NCBI GenBank assembly: GCA_047974375.1
Contig: JBKECF010000014.1
Location: forward strand, 1-64,000
Direction: 5' to 3'
Origin: Lachnospirales bacterium
GTDB taxonomy: Bacteria; Bacillota; Clostridia; Lachnospirales; CAMZNU01
Length of the DNA stretch: 64,000 nt
Made by a program: the position numbers and the translations under genes. Below are positions 19,454 through 28,991 of this stretch, piece by piece; the first letter of the stretch is position 1; each line of letters starts with the position of its first letter. Under the pieces are notes generated by a model. That model searched no databases and was not told the DNA's origin. It was given only the letters and a program-made list of their open reading frames with translations.

Positions 19454-20194
19454 TTAATCATTTTTTTTATTAAAATATTTATTCATGCCAAGGAAATAAA
19501 TGTTTTTAATAACTTTTTGAGTTTTTTTGCCTAAGGGTTTGCCAAATTCCTTTTCTGCATACTTATATAAGCTACCTAAGTCTACGGTTTTGTTGGTAAC
19601 TTTTTGTTTTTTATGCGGATTATATGTATTATGGTTTAAAGGTTGTTTGGATAAAGATTTTAATAATTTACCTGTATATTTTGCATCATTAAGTGCATTA
19701 TGAAAACTATTGTCAATATTAATATTTAATTCTCTTATAGCATTTTCTAGTCCAATAACCTGTCCTTTTGGTAATTTTAAATTTTTGCTAATTAATGATT
19801 GTACATCAATATAATTTGTTGGTAATAAATTTATATCGATATCATAAAATTCCGCATTATTAAACAACAATTTAACGTCATTTTTTCCCCATACGCATAA
19901 GATAGATTCATCATCAACAAAGTCTAAAAATTCAGGAAATATTTCTTGAAAACTCCGGCTGTCTTTGAAAGTCTCATCGGTAAAATGAGTAATTTTTTTT
20001 ACATATGGATGTAGTTTTTTATATATTTGTGGTTTAATAAATAAACTTAGTTCATCTATATATTCAAATTTATTATTATATTTTATAGCGCCAATTTGTA
20101 TTATTTCGAATTTGCATTGAGGATTTGGTATTTTATTTTTTTTATCAAATGGAAAAGCTTGATTAAATTCTAAATCAATTATAATATAGTTCAC
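19454..20194 (-). CDS. DEDDh 3'-5' exonuclease (DnaQ-like; KapD-like)
   Basis: N-terminal IIDLEFNQ Exo I motif, with HNALNDA near the C-terminus (Exo III), 246 aa. Confidence 0.6.
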   Translation of the reverse strand: MNYIIIDLEFNQAFPFDKKNKIPNPQCKFEIIQIGAIKYNNKFEYIDELSLFIKPQIYKKLHPYVKKITHFTDETFKDSRSFQEIFPEFLDFVDDESILCVWGKNDVKLLFNNAEFYDIDINLLPTNYIDVQSLISKNLKLPKGQVIGLENAIRELNINIDNSFHNALNDAKYTGKLLKSLSKQPLNHNTYNPHKKQKVTNKTVDLGSLYKYAEKEFGKPLGKKTQKVIKNIYFLGMNKYFNKKND

Positions 20195-20357
20195 GATATT
20201 CTCCTTTAAGTATTTTTTTTAATTATATTAGAAAAATAGAAAAATTAAAAGTTATTACAATAATTATTCCCTTTATTAGTAGTTTTAAAAATAACAGGAA
20301 ATATATTTATGTGAAAAATATTTTATGGTAAAATCATTTTAAAGAAGGAGGATGTTT

Positions 20358-22001
20358 ATGGGAATAGATTTTTTAATAAACAATAAACTAAATGGCTCTA
20401 CCAATTTAAAAGAAGGTGTAAGGGAAAACGCTAAATTAGTAGAGGGCAAAAATATTACTTCCATAGCCGAAGGGAAAACAACTGGGGAGGTGTTAGATGT
20501 AAGTAATTCTATAGCTAAAATACTAACTAGTAGTGGACAAATTGTAAATGGACAACTTAGTAATCCGACTCAGCTAAATATAGGAGATATAAGAAATTTT
20601 ATAATTAACCAAAATGCTAACGGCTCATATACATTTAATATAGTTCAAGAAGACGAGGGGAAGTTACTATTAGATACGCTAACAAAGGCACTTAAAGACT
20701 TAGGCTTAACTCCTACAGAAAAAAATATATCAATAGCTAAAGAACTAATTAAAAATAGTTTACCTTTAAATAATAGTCAATTTAAGGACATGAGCAGGGC
20801 GATGGCTTTGCTAGGCGACAGTTGTGGTGAAAAATCGGCATTCCTTCTTAAAAATGAAATACCACTCAACACAAAAAATGCAAATATCTTCACTGAATAT
20901 GTTAATAAAACATTTTCAGTACTGAATGAAATAAATTCCTTAGAATCGGCAATTAAAAGTATGACAGATTCTAGTACAAAAAGTAAAATATTAGATATAT
21001 TAATTGGTTCTAAAAATATTAACAGTGGCATTGTGAAAGATATACTGCCAAAGGAAACAGTTTCAGCCCATACTAACCAAAGAAGTTCTTCGCAAATTTT
21101 AAACTCTGAGGTGAATTTGAAGCAAGATTCAGTATCAACCAAAGAAAATAGTTCAGTAACTAATTTAGTAAAAGAAAATTATACTAAAGAGAATAGTCAT
21201 TCAAATATTGCTCCAAAAGGCAATGAATTAACTAAAGTTAATGTTAATAATCAAGATTCAAATAAAACTATTCTAAATGACAGCATTAAGGGTGGAAGTA
21301 CTGAACCAGCTAATGTTTTAAAAAATATATCTGAAACAATAATTAAAAATACGGATTTAGAAGATACATCAAAAGCTAGTCCCGAAAAAAGCGATAGTGT
21401 AAATAATAAAAGTAACGAAACATTTAATAAACTGAAATTTGACCCAACAAATACAACCATTAAGGATTTAGAAAAATTCACAAAAGATTTTAGTAATAAA
21501 ATAGAAAGAATTATAGAAGAATTAAAAGATAGCGGTGATGAAAGTTCTCAAAAAGTATTGGAGCAAGCTACATCATTTAAAGAAAGACTGGACTTTAATA
21601 ACTTGCTAAAAGAGAATTTTTATGCTCAAATACCTATAAGCGTAAATAATAGTCAGAAAAACACTGAGTTGCTAGTTTTTAAAGATAAAAACAAAAAGAA
21701 AACTAATGGAGGGAGTGCATCAGCGATAATAGGCCTTGATACACTGAACCTAGGTAGATTTGAAACTTATGTAGAACGAATAGAAAATAATATAACGTTG
21801 CAATTTAGGCTTGAAAATAATGATATAATAGATTTAGTAAAATCTAATTTAAATAAGCTAGATAACTTACTTAAGGAAAAAAATTTGTACATTAATAATG
21901 TTGCATACAAAAATACTAAGGAAAGCTTTACAATTATGTCAAAAAATGAAGACGAAATTGAAATTAAATCAAATAATATTAGATTAGACGTGAGGATGTA
22001 A
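20358..22001 (+). CDS. Hypothetical Asn/Ser/Lys-rich protein with a FliK (Flg_hook)-like C-terminal domain
   Basis: The last ~90 aa (LNLGRFETYVERIENNITLQFRLENNDIIDLVKSNLNKLDNLLKEKNLYINNV) match the pattern of the FliK C-terminal domain. The rest is low complexity. Start taken at the second ATG (20358), 6 nt after the AAGGAGG RBS. Confidence 0.35.
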   Translation: MGIDFLINNKLNGSTNLKEGVRENAKLVEGKNITSIAEGKTTGEVLDVSNSIAKILTSSGQIVNGQLSNPTQLNIGDIRNFIINQNANGSYTFNIVQEDEGKLLLDTLTKALKDLGLTPTEKNISIAKELIKNSLPLNNSQFKDMSRAMALLGDSCGEKSAFLLKNEIPLNTKNANIFTEYVNKTFSVLNEINSLESAIKSMTDSSTKSKILDILIGSKNINSGIVKDILPKETVSAHTNQRSSSQILNSEVNLKQDSVSTKENSSVTNLVKENYTKENSHSNIAPKGNELTKVNVNNQDSNKTILNDSIKGGSTEPANVLKNISETIIKNTDLEDTSKASPEKSDSVNNKSNETFNKLKFDPTNTTIKDLEKFTKDFSNKIERIIEELKDSGDESSQKVLEQATSFKERLDFNNLLKENFYAQIPISVNNSQKNTELLVFKDKNKKKTNGGSASAIIGLDTLNLGRFETYVERIENNITLQFRLENNDIIDLVKSNLNKLDNLLKEKNLYINNVAYKNTKESFTIMSKNEDEIEIKSNNIRLDVRM

Positions 22002-22003
22002 AA

Positions 22004-23272
22004 ATGGAAATAAACGAACTTATAGAATTTATAAATGAAAGTCCAACTATTTTTCAAACTGTAAATAATTTGGCAAATATCCTAAGTAAAAGTGGATACA
22101 GAGAAATTAAAGAAAATGAAAAATTTCAGTTAAAAAATAAAGAAAAGTTTTTTATTCGTAAAAGTAATAACATGTTAATAGCTTTCGATATAGAAAAAGA
22201 TTTACTTAAAGATGGCATGAAAATAGTTGGAAGTCATGGGGATGCACCTAGTTTTAAAATAAAGCCAAATCCATTGTGGGATAAGTCTGGATATATGTCA
22301 ATAAATGTTGAAAGCTATGGTGGTTCAATACTTAGTACTTGGTTTGATAGAGCTCTTAGTGTAGCTGGAAAGGTCATAGTAAATAACAATGGAGAAACTG
22401 ATTGCCGACTAGTGGACGTAAAAAAAGCTGTATTGACAATACCTAGTTTAGCTATTCATTTAAACAGGAAAGTAAATGATGGTTATAAATTTAATAAACA
22501 GGATGAAATGCAACCTATTTGCGGATTATTAGAAGGTGGAAAAGATTTTGATGACTTTTTACATTTTATTTCTAAAGAACTTAATGTAAATAAAGGTGAT
22601 ATTTTAGATTTCGAACTTTATTTGTATGATAAAAGCATTGGTGAAGTAATTGGCATAAATAACGACTTTTTACAGTCTAGTCGTTTAGACGACTTAGTAA
22701 TGACATATAGTTCATTAGTTTCTTTTATAAATTGTAATGGCAGGTCTAAGGCATTAATATGTGCAGATAATGAAGAGGTTGGCTCTGTATCTTTTGGAGG
22801 TGCTACATCATCTTTTATAGAGAATACCCTAGAAAGAATTTTCCTAAGTTATGGAATGAATAAAGAAGATTTTTTAATTGGAATAAGTAATTCCATTGTT
22901 ATATCTGCAGATGTAGCTCACGGAGTTCATCCTAATTATGGTGATAAACATGACCCAACTAACAGACCTATGTTAGGTAAAGGAATTGTTATTAAATACA
23001 GTGCAAATCAAAGTTATAGTACAAGTTCAGAGTTTAGCAGTAAGCTTAAGCTAGCTTGTAAAAAACGAAAGGTAGCCTATCAAGATTATGTTAATCATTC
23101 TAATATAATTGGAGGAAGTACTATTGGCCCAAGGCTTTCAAGTAAATTAGGAATACCAGCAATTGACCTGGGCATTCCTTTACTAGGTATGCATTCAATT
23201 AGAGAACTTTGTGCAATAACAGATATAGATAATGCTGTAGAAGCTTTTAATGCTTTTTATGAAGTGGTGTAA
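22004..23272 (+). CDS. M18-family aminopeptidase (aspartyl aminopeptidase-like)
   Basis: 422 aa with GSHGDAPSF, HLNR and DVAHGVHPNYGDKHD motifs of M18/M42 dinuclear-zinc aminopeptidases. Confidence 0.75.
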   Translation: MEINELIEFINESPTIFQTVNNLANILSKSGYREIKENEKFQLKNKEKFFIRKSNNMLIAFDIEKDLLKDGMKIVGSHGDAPSFKIKPNPLWDKSGYMSINVESYGGSILSTWFDRALSVAGKVIVNNNGETDCRLVDVKKAVLTIPSLAIHLNRKVNDGYKFNKQDEMQPICGLLEGGKDFDDFLHFISKELNVNKGDILDFELYLYDKSIGEVIGINNDFLQSSRLDDLVMTYSSLVSFINCNGRSKALICADNEEVGSVSFGGATSSFIENTLERIFLSYGMNKEDFLIGISNSIVISADVAHGVHPNYGDKHDPTNRPMLGKGIVIKYSANQSYSTSSEFSSKLKLACKKRKVAYQDYVNHSNIIGGSTIGPRLSSKLGIPAIDLGIPLLGMHSIRELCAITDIDNAVEAFNAFYEVV

Positions 23273-23274
23273 AA

Positions 23275-24213
23275 ATGAATTGGTTAGAATGCAAAATATA
23301 TACAACCCATTATGGAGTGGAAATAGTAACAGGTCTATTAATAAACGTCGGAATTAATGGCATGCAAATTGAAGACGAACATGACTTCCAAGAGTTTATA
23401 GAGAACAAAACATGGGATTATGCAGATGAGGATTTTCTAAATAGAAAAATACCAGAATCCATTGTGACTTTCTATATAGAAGATTCCATTTATGGCAATG
23501 AAACTTTTATTAGCGTTAAAAATTCTATGCACAATCAGACGGAATTAGTTAATGCTAGAATTGAAATTAGAAATATAAATGAAAACGAGTGGGTTAATAA
23601 TTGGAAAAAATATTATAAACCCTTTAAAATTAATAATATAGTTATAAAACCACAATGGGAAGATTATACAAAAAGCAAAGAAGAAATAGTATTTACCATT
23701 GAGCCGGGTAACGCCTTTGGAACTGGGTTACACCATACAACAGCCCTTTGCATTGGAGAAATAGAAAATTATGTCAATTCAAATACAGAGGTATTAGATT
23801 TAGGATGTGGCAGTGGTATACTTTCTGTTATATCTCTTTTATGTGGAGCAAAAGAAGCAACAGCAATAGACATTGAGGACATAGCAATAAAGTCAGCTAG
23901 AAATAATGCTTACCTTAATAAAGTAAATAATTTGTACCAAGGTATATGTGGTAATGTGTTAGATGATGAAGAATTAGTTAATAACATAAGTAGTAAAAAA
24001 TATAATTTAATATTTGCTAATATTATTGCAGATGTTATTATACCTATAACGCCATTAGTCGAAAATTTAATTTCCGACGATGGTATTTATATAACATCGG
24101 GAATAATCGATCATAGAGTTGAAGACGTAAAAAATGTTTTAAATAAAAAATTCAGAATAATTAAACATGTTGAAAAAGAAGGTTGGCACATGTTTGTAGC
24201 TAGAAAGGAATAG
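23275..24213 (+). CDS. prmA: Ribosomal protein L11 methyltransferase
   Basis: GTGLHHTT and SAM motif LDLGCGSGILS. Conserved prmA-rsmE pair. Confidence 0.85.
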   Translation: MNWLECKIYTTHYGVEIVTGLLINVGINGMQIEDEHDFQEFIENKTWDYADEDFLNRKIPESIVTFYIEDSIYGNETFISVKNSMHNQTELVNARIEIRNINENEWVNNWKKYYKPFKINNIVIKPQWEDYTKSKEEIVFTIEPGNAFGTGLHHTTALCIGEIENYVNSNTEVLDLGCGSGILSVISLLCGAKEATAIDIEDIAIKSARNNAYLNKVNNLYQGICGNVLDDEELVNNISSKKYNLIFANIIADVIIPITPLVENLISDDGIYITSGIIDHRVEDVKNVLNKKFRIIKHVEKEGWHMFVARKE

Positions 24214-24214
24214 T

Positions 24215-24913
24215 ATGCCGAAATTTTTTGCTGATAATGAAGTATGTAACGACTATATTGAGTTAGTAGACGAGGCGAAACATATACAAGTTTTACGTTA
24301 TAAAGTAGGCGATGAAATTATAATTGGTGACGGAAAAGGATACGACTATATATGTACAATTGAAAAAATAGAAAAAAACAAAGTAATATCTAGGATTAAT
24401 GTTAAAAATAAATGTTTAAGCGAACCGGATGTAAGTATAACTCTTTTTCAAGCTTTGCCAAAATCAAGTAAAATGGAAAATATAATTACTCAAAACATAG
24501 AAATGGGGGTGAAAGAAATTGTTCCCATAGAAACGAAATTTACAATCGCCAAATCTAAAGATAATAAAATTGATAGATGGCAAAAAATAGCCGAAAGTAG
24601 TAGCAAACAATCTATGAGGGGAATTATACCGAAAATACATAAAACTATATCTTTAAAGGAATCGTTGGAGTATAATGATTTTGACTTAAAAATTGTAGCT
24701 TATGAAAAAGAAAAAAATCTTCGTATAATTGATGTCTTAAACAAAAATATAAAGAAGATAGCTTTATACATCGGTAGTGAAGGTGGTTTTTCGCTAGATG
24801 AAATAGAATTGTTCAAGGAAAATAATTTTAAAATAATAACACTAGGCGAAAGAATACTACGTACAGAAACTGCAGGTATAGCATGTACAAGTGTAATAGT
24901 TAATATAACTTAA
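24215..24913 (+). CDS. rsmE: 16S rRNA (uracil1498-N3)-methyltransferase
   Basis: 232 aa RsmE-like (PUA-like N-terminus, SPOUT C-terminus), directly downstream of prmA. Confidence 0.8.
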   Translation: MPKFFADNEVCNDYIELVDEAKHIQVLRYKVGDEIIIGDGKGYDYICTIEKIEKNKVISRINVKNKCLSEPDVSITLFQALPKSSKMENIITQNIEMGVKEIVPIETKFTIAKSKDNKIDRWQKIAESSSKQSMRGIIPKIHKTISLKESLEYNDFDLKIVAYEKEKNLRIIDVLNKNIKKIALYIGSEGGFSLDEIELFKENNFKIITLGERILRTETAGIACTSVIVNIT

Positions 24914-24932
24914 AGAATGAATGGTGGTTTAA

Positions 24933-25205
24933 TTGATTAAATACGAAATTAATGAATTTATTGATCTTATTGAAGAGGAACTAAGAGTTTACGAACATCT
25001 GTCGGAAGATGAAATTGATGATTGGAAACATATTTTTTTACAGCTTGTTGACGAAAATAAAGTTAGTAAGCAAAATTTGGCAAAAGAGGGCGGAATATTT
25101 TATTTTAAAATTGAGGACGAAATGGAAATTTTTTCAATAGTTGATGACTATTCATTTGCTATAGAAAATAACTCCCTGAAAGATTATTGGGATAGTTTTT
25201 ATTAA
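24933..25205 (+). CDS. Small acidic hypothetical protein
   Basis: 90 aa with a TTG start and a weak RBS. No recognisable domain. Confidence 0.3.
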   Translation: MIKYEINEFIDLIEEELRVYEHLSEDEIDDWKHIFLQLVDENKVSKQNLAKEGGIFYFKIEDEMEIFSIVDDYSFAIENNSLKDYWDSFY

Positions 25206-25218
25206 AAAGGAGTTTATC

Positions 25219-25695
25219 ATGAAAATTCAAAGTTTTACCGTAGATCACGATAAATTATTACCTGGAGTTTATGTTTCTAGAAAAGATAATGTTGGCAATC
25301 ACGTTGTAACTACATTCGACATAAGAATGAAAATACCTAATAAAGAGCCTGTATTAGATAACCCAGCTATACATACATTAGAACATCTAATCGCAACATA
25401 TTTACGCACACAAGAAAACCCTTTTATAGATAAAATAATTTATTTTGGCCCAATGGGTTGTAGAACAGGTATGTACCTAATAGTAACAGGTGATTACGAT
25501 TCAATAGACGTGCTTGAGTTAGTTAAGTCAATGTATAAATTTGTTATTGATTTTCAAGGTGATTTACCAGGAAATACTTCCATCGAGTGTGGAAATTACT
25601 TAGACCATAATATAACAACTGCAAAGTGGGAAGCAGCTAAATATATGGGTGTATTAAATACAGCTAAGGAAATGAACTTAGTATATCCGAATTAG
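25219..25695 (+). CDS. luxS: S-ribosylhomocysteine lyase (autoinducer-2 synthase)
   Basis: HTLEHL metal-binding motif and conserved Cys (GCRTGMY), 158 aa. Confidence 0.9.
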   Translation: MKIQSFTVDHDKLLPGVYVSRKDNVGNHVVTTFDIRMKIPNKEPVLDNPAIHTLEHLIATYLRTQENPFIDKIIYFGPMGCRTGMYLIVTGDYDSIDVLELVKSMYKFVIDFQGDLPGNTSIECGNYLDHNITTAKWEAAKYMGVLNTAKEMNLVYPN

Positions 25696-25704
25696 GGAGA
25701 TAAA

Positions 25705-26511
25705 ATGGAAGACAAGGGAATACGCCTAAAAGCGTCAAATCCAAATTTAGAAAGTAAAATACATAGAAAAATTGACCGAAGCAAGGATACAGTATATTGG
25801 TATATAAAGTTCAATATACCTTTAGATCCAAACTCTGTTAATGGAGGGTCCATGTATGTTACAGATATTGGCGGATATGTTATGGAAACTTTTATAGAAT
25901 ACTCTGAAAAAAGTAACCTCATATCAATATCACCAATAGATACTTATGAGCAAAAAGTCTACTATATTTTAAATATAACTACTAGCGTTCGTTCTGCAAA
26001 AGGCAACAGATTACCACGAAAGGTTTACATTTTATTTAGATTGGAAAATGATGCCATTTCGGAATATGAGCTGCTAAAAAAAGATGTTGTAGTTCCTGTC
26101 CCACAAAAAAGACCTAAAAATTATAATATCAATAATGTACGCTCAAAAATATATGGATTAAATAAAGATTTAAATCACGCTAGTGATGTCCAACTAAAAA
26201 CAGTACCTTTTCGTGTTAATATTATTTTAGGTTTAATTGGACTAGCTATATTAATACTTTCCATTGTAAGTAAAAATTTAAATTTAATAATCACAGGAAT
26301 AATTATCTCGGTAGGTGGAATAGCGCATATTATATGGCAGATTATAAAAAAAGAAAAACGTGCCGCCATATATTACAATTTAGCTATGCTTAATTATAAT
26401 AAAGATAATTATCTTCAAGCAAATAAATACTTTAATAAAGCTTTTGAAATGGATCCATATAACGAACTATATGAATATGCTACAAATAAAATCAAGTATT
26501 ATTTAGACTAA
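25705..26511 (+). CDS. Hypothetical membrane protein (N-terminal beta-rich domain, 2 TM, C-terminal TPR-like tail)
   Basis: Hydrophobic segments at about aa 170-215. No catalytic motifs. Confidence 0.35.
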   Translation: MEDKGIRLKASNPNLESKIHRKIDRSKDTVYWYIKFNIPLDPNSVNGGSMYVTDIGGYVMETFIEYSEKSNLISISPIDTYEQKVYYILNITTSVRSAKGNRLPRKVYILFRLENDAISEYELLKKDVVVPVPQKRPKNYNINNVRSKIYGLNKDLNHASDVQLKTVPFRVNIILGLIGLAILILSIVSKNLNLIITGIIISVGGIAHIIWQIIKKEKRAAIYYNLAMLNYNKDNYLQANKYFNKAFEMDPYNELYEYATNKIKYYLD

Positions 26512-26550
26512 ATAGTACTTGATTTTATTTTATATCAATGGGAGGGGATT

Positions 26551-27009
26551 ATGATTATACGGAGGTATGAAGAAAGTGATTGTAAGGAGATTATTGAACT
26601 TTTTAACAATACAGTTCATATAGTTAACGCAAAAGACTATACAAAAAAGCAACTAGATGTTTGGACTTGCAATGCAAACATAGGGGAATGGAATAAATCT
26701 TTTATGAATAACTATACTTTGGTAGCTTTATATGATAGTAAAATAGTAGGTTTTGGTGATATAACAGAAACAGGGTATTTAGATAGATTGTATGTTCATA
26801 AAAATTATCAAGGCAAAGGAATTGCAACAGCATTATGTGATGAACTAGAAAAATTTGTTGAGTACAAAAGCATAAAAACTCATGCATCAATAACGGCAAA
26901 AAAATTTTTTATAAAAAAAGGATATAAAATAATTAAGGAACAGGAAGTTCAACGTAATAGCGTATTTCTAAAAAATTATATTATGGAAAAGGATATTAAG
27001 ATAGATTGA
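26551..27009 (+). CDS. GNAT-family N-acetyltransferase
   Basis: Acetyl-CoA-binding motif (YVHKNYQGKGIATAL), 152 aa. Confidence 0.7.
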   Translation: MIIRRYEESDCKEIIELFNNTVHIVNAKDYTKKQLDVWTCNANIGEWNKSFMNNYTLVALYDSKIVGFGDITETGYLDRLYVHKNYQGKGIATALCDELEKFVEYKSIKTHASITAKKFFIKKGYKIIKEQEVQRNSVFLKNYIMEKDIKID

Positions 27010-27033
27010 CGCTAAAATAGAGGAGTGTTAAAG

Positions 27034-27543
27034 ATGGTTATTCAAAGTGAAGAAGAAAAAGATTGTGAGGAAATTTATGATGTAGTTAAAATAGCATTTT
27101 CTACAGCAGAACACACAGATGGTAATGAGCAAGATTTAGTAATCGACTTGAGAAGAAGTGAAGCTTATATACCTGAGCTATCTTTAATTGCTGAGGTTGA
27201 TGGAGATATAGTGGGGCATATAATGTTTACAAAGGCAATTATAGGCGACAATGAAGTATTAGCTTTAGCTCCATTATCTGTCCTGCCAAAACATCAAAGG
27301 CAAGGAATAGGTGCTAAACTAATTAGTGAAGGCCATAGAATAACCATAGAACTAGGGTATAATTATTCAGTTGTAGTAGGTAGTGAAGTATACTATCCTA
27401 AGTTTGGCTATATACCTGCTTATAAATTTGGTATTGATGACTTAAATGGTGTACCAAAAGAAAATCTTATAGCAATTAAACTTAAAAATAAAGCAAAAAA
27501 ACTTTGTGGAAGAATAATATATTCAAAAGAATTTGGTATTTAG
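27034..27543 (+). CDS. GNAT-family N-acetyltransferase
   Basis: HQRQGIGAKLI motif. Start at the ATG at 27034 after an AGGAG RBS; the tracked GTG at 27025 is unlikely. Confidence 0.7.
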   Translation: MVIQSEEEKDCEEIYDVVKIAFSTAEHTDGNEQDLVIDLRRSEAYIPELSLIAEVDGDIVGHIMFTKAIIGDNEVLALAPLSVLPKHQRQGIGAKLISEGHRITIELGYNYSVVVGSEVYYPKFGYIPAYKFGIDDLNGVPKENLIAIKLKNKAKKLCGRIIYSKEFGI

Positions 27544-27613
27544 TTAAACTTATGGTTAAACTGTACCCTAACCATAGTGAATTCAATGTAGAATTTATGG
27601 TTAGGGCTATTTA

Positions 27614-28456
27614 TTATTTAGATTTGCCAAGTACTAATGAAATACCAACACCAGATACAAAGGTGATAACACCACCAATTAAATTCAAAAACCCAAAATC
27701 TGAACCATATGTAGACGGATTAATAAATATAGACACTAGAGAACCAAATATTAAGCCGAGTATAATAAAATAAGTAGAAGAATAAGCTTTATTAAAAGCA
27801 ATTTCTATTAATTTACTTACAAGAAAAATTCCAATAATAATACCAACTCCTAGAGGTGCTATGGTAAATATAATATTTAATAATAATGAAATATTTTTTA
27901 TTTCAACTAAATAATCGCCTATACTCGCTAGTGCATTAATTATAATTGGATAAAGTCCCATCAAAATAAGTAAAAAAGAACCACTTATTCCTGGAATAAT
28001 CATAGCACTTGATGCAATTAATCCGCCAAAGAAAAGTCTAATAACTAATCCTTTAGATGTCATGCCTGTAGTAGTAGGGTCTTGCAATTCAATAATAGTT
28101 AAAACACATATAATAGCAAAAGATAAAAGGAATAAAAGGAAATTATATTTTTTACTTTCACCTTTTTTCGTATTACCATAAATTAAGGGAATACTACCAG
28201 CAACTAAACCAGCAAAAAGCATATTTGTTATAAATGGATAATTAGTTAATCCAAAATTAATCAACGAGCTAAATGCAATTATGCCAAATACTGCACCTAA
28301 TCCAATTGGAATTAAAAATGTACAGCTCTTTTTAAAATCTTTAAATAAATTATTAATGGAAAATATAAGCTCATCGAAAATATTTAAAACAACCGCTAGT
28401 GTTCCACCACTAACACCTGGTATAATGTTGGCAACGCCTACTAAAATACCTTTCAT
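27614..28456 (-). CDS. DUF368-family polytopic membrane protein
   Basis: Conserved N-terminus MKGILVGVANIIPGVSGGT. Start trimmed to the ATG at 28456; the tracked ORF extends 35 codons into repeat copy B. Confidence 0.7.
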   Translation of the reverse strand: MKGILVGVANIIPGVSGGTLAVVLNIFDELIFSINNLFKDFKKSCTFLIPIGLGAVFGIIAFSSLINFGLTNYPFITNMLFAGLVAGSIPLIYGNTKKGESKKYNFLLFLLSFAIICVLTIIELQDPTTTGMTSKGLVIRLFFGGLIASSAMIIPGISGSFLLILMGLYPIIINALASIGDYLVEIKNISLLLNIIFTIAPLGVGIIIGIFLVSKLIEIAFNKAYSSTYFIILGLIFGSLVSIFINPSTYGSDFGFLNLIGGVITFVSGVGISLVLGKSK

Positions 28457-28500
28457 AAATAAAAAAAAATTTTTAATTTTTAAACACCCCTTTAATTGAT

Positions 28501-28774
28501 AAGAATTAGACCTCCTCCTCAATGCTTGCACCTGAATTTTGCTTTCGGCAAAACCAAACACTGTATGTTTGGCAGCTGTTCATTGCTGTTTTACTCTGAA
28601 TTTTTGTTTCACAAAAACCAAATGCTATGCATTTGTCTGGTCGGAAGTTACACTTCCTGTTCTGGTCATAAAACTTTGCTTTATTGCTGGAGTAAGAACC
28701 AACTCGACTATGCAGCCAAATAGGTGGCAGGACTGGCCAGTAGGGGTACAAGCCCCAGTGACGATAGGTCTATT
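28501..28774. repeat. Copy B of the two-copy hairpin-rich element (carries a 41-bp copy-specific segment 28662-28702)
   Basis: Same six-hairpin core as copy A, in the same orientation. It lies 45 bp upstream of a minus-strand gene start, as copy A does. Confidence 0.8.
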
Positions 28775-28991
28775 GATTTAATAAATATACACGTTTTAGA
28801 TTCTATTATAAAAAATAATATTTGTATATATTTATTTTTCTGTTACAATTAAGTAAAGTTACTATTTAATAAAAAATATTAAGTAGTTGTTTATGTATAA
28901 TTGTATGAGATTTAACTAACTATCTCAACTTTGAATTATATAACACTTTTAATATTTTTATATAAAAAATTATATTATAAAGGAGATTATT

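Noticed and set aside
28496-28781. Three overlapping 75-81-aa ORFs inside repeat copy B, and the conserved MNSCQT(H/Y)SVWFC peptide frame shared by copy A
   Set aside because: All six inter-copy substitutions preserve hairpin stems rather than a coding frame. The peptide frame is fused to the SBP ORF in copy A but terminates at 28506 in copy B, so no conserved protein product is implied.
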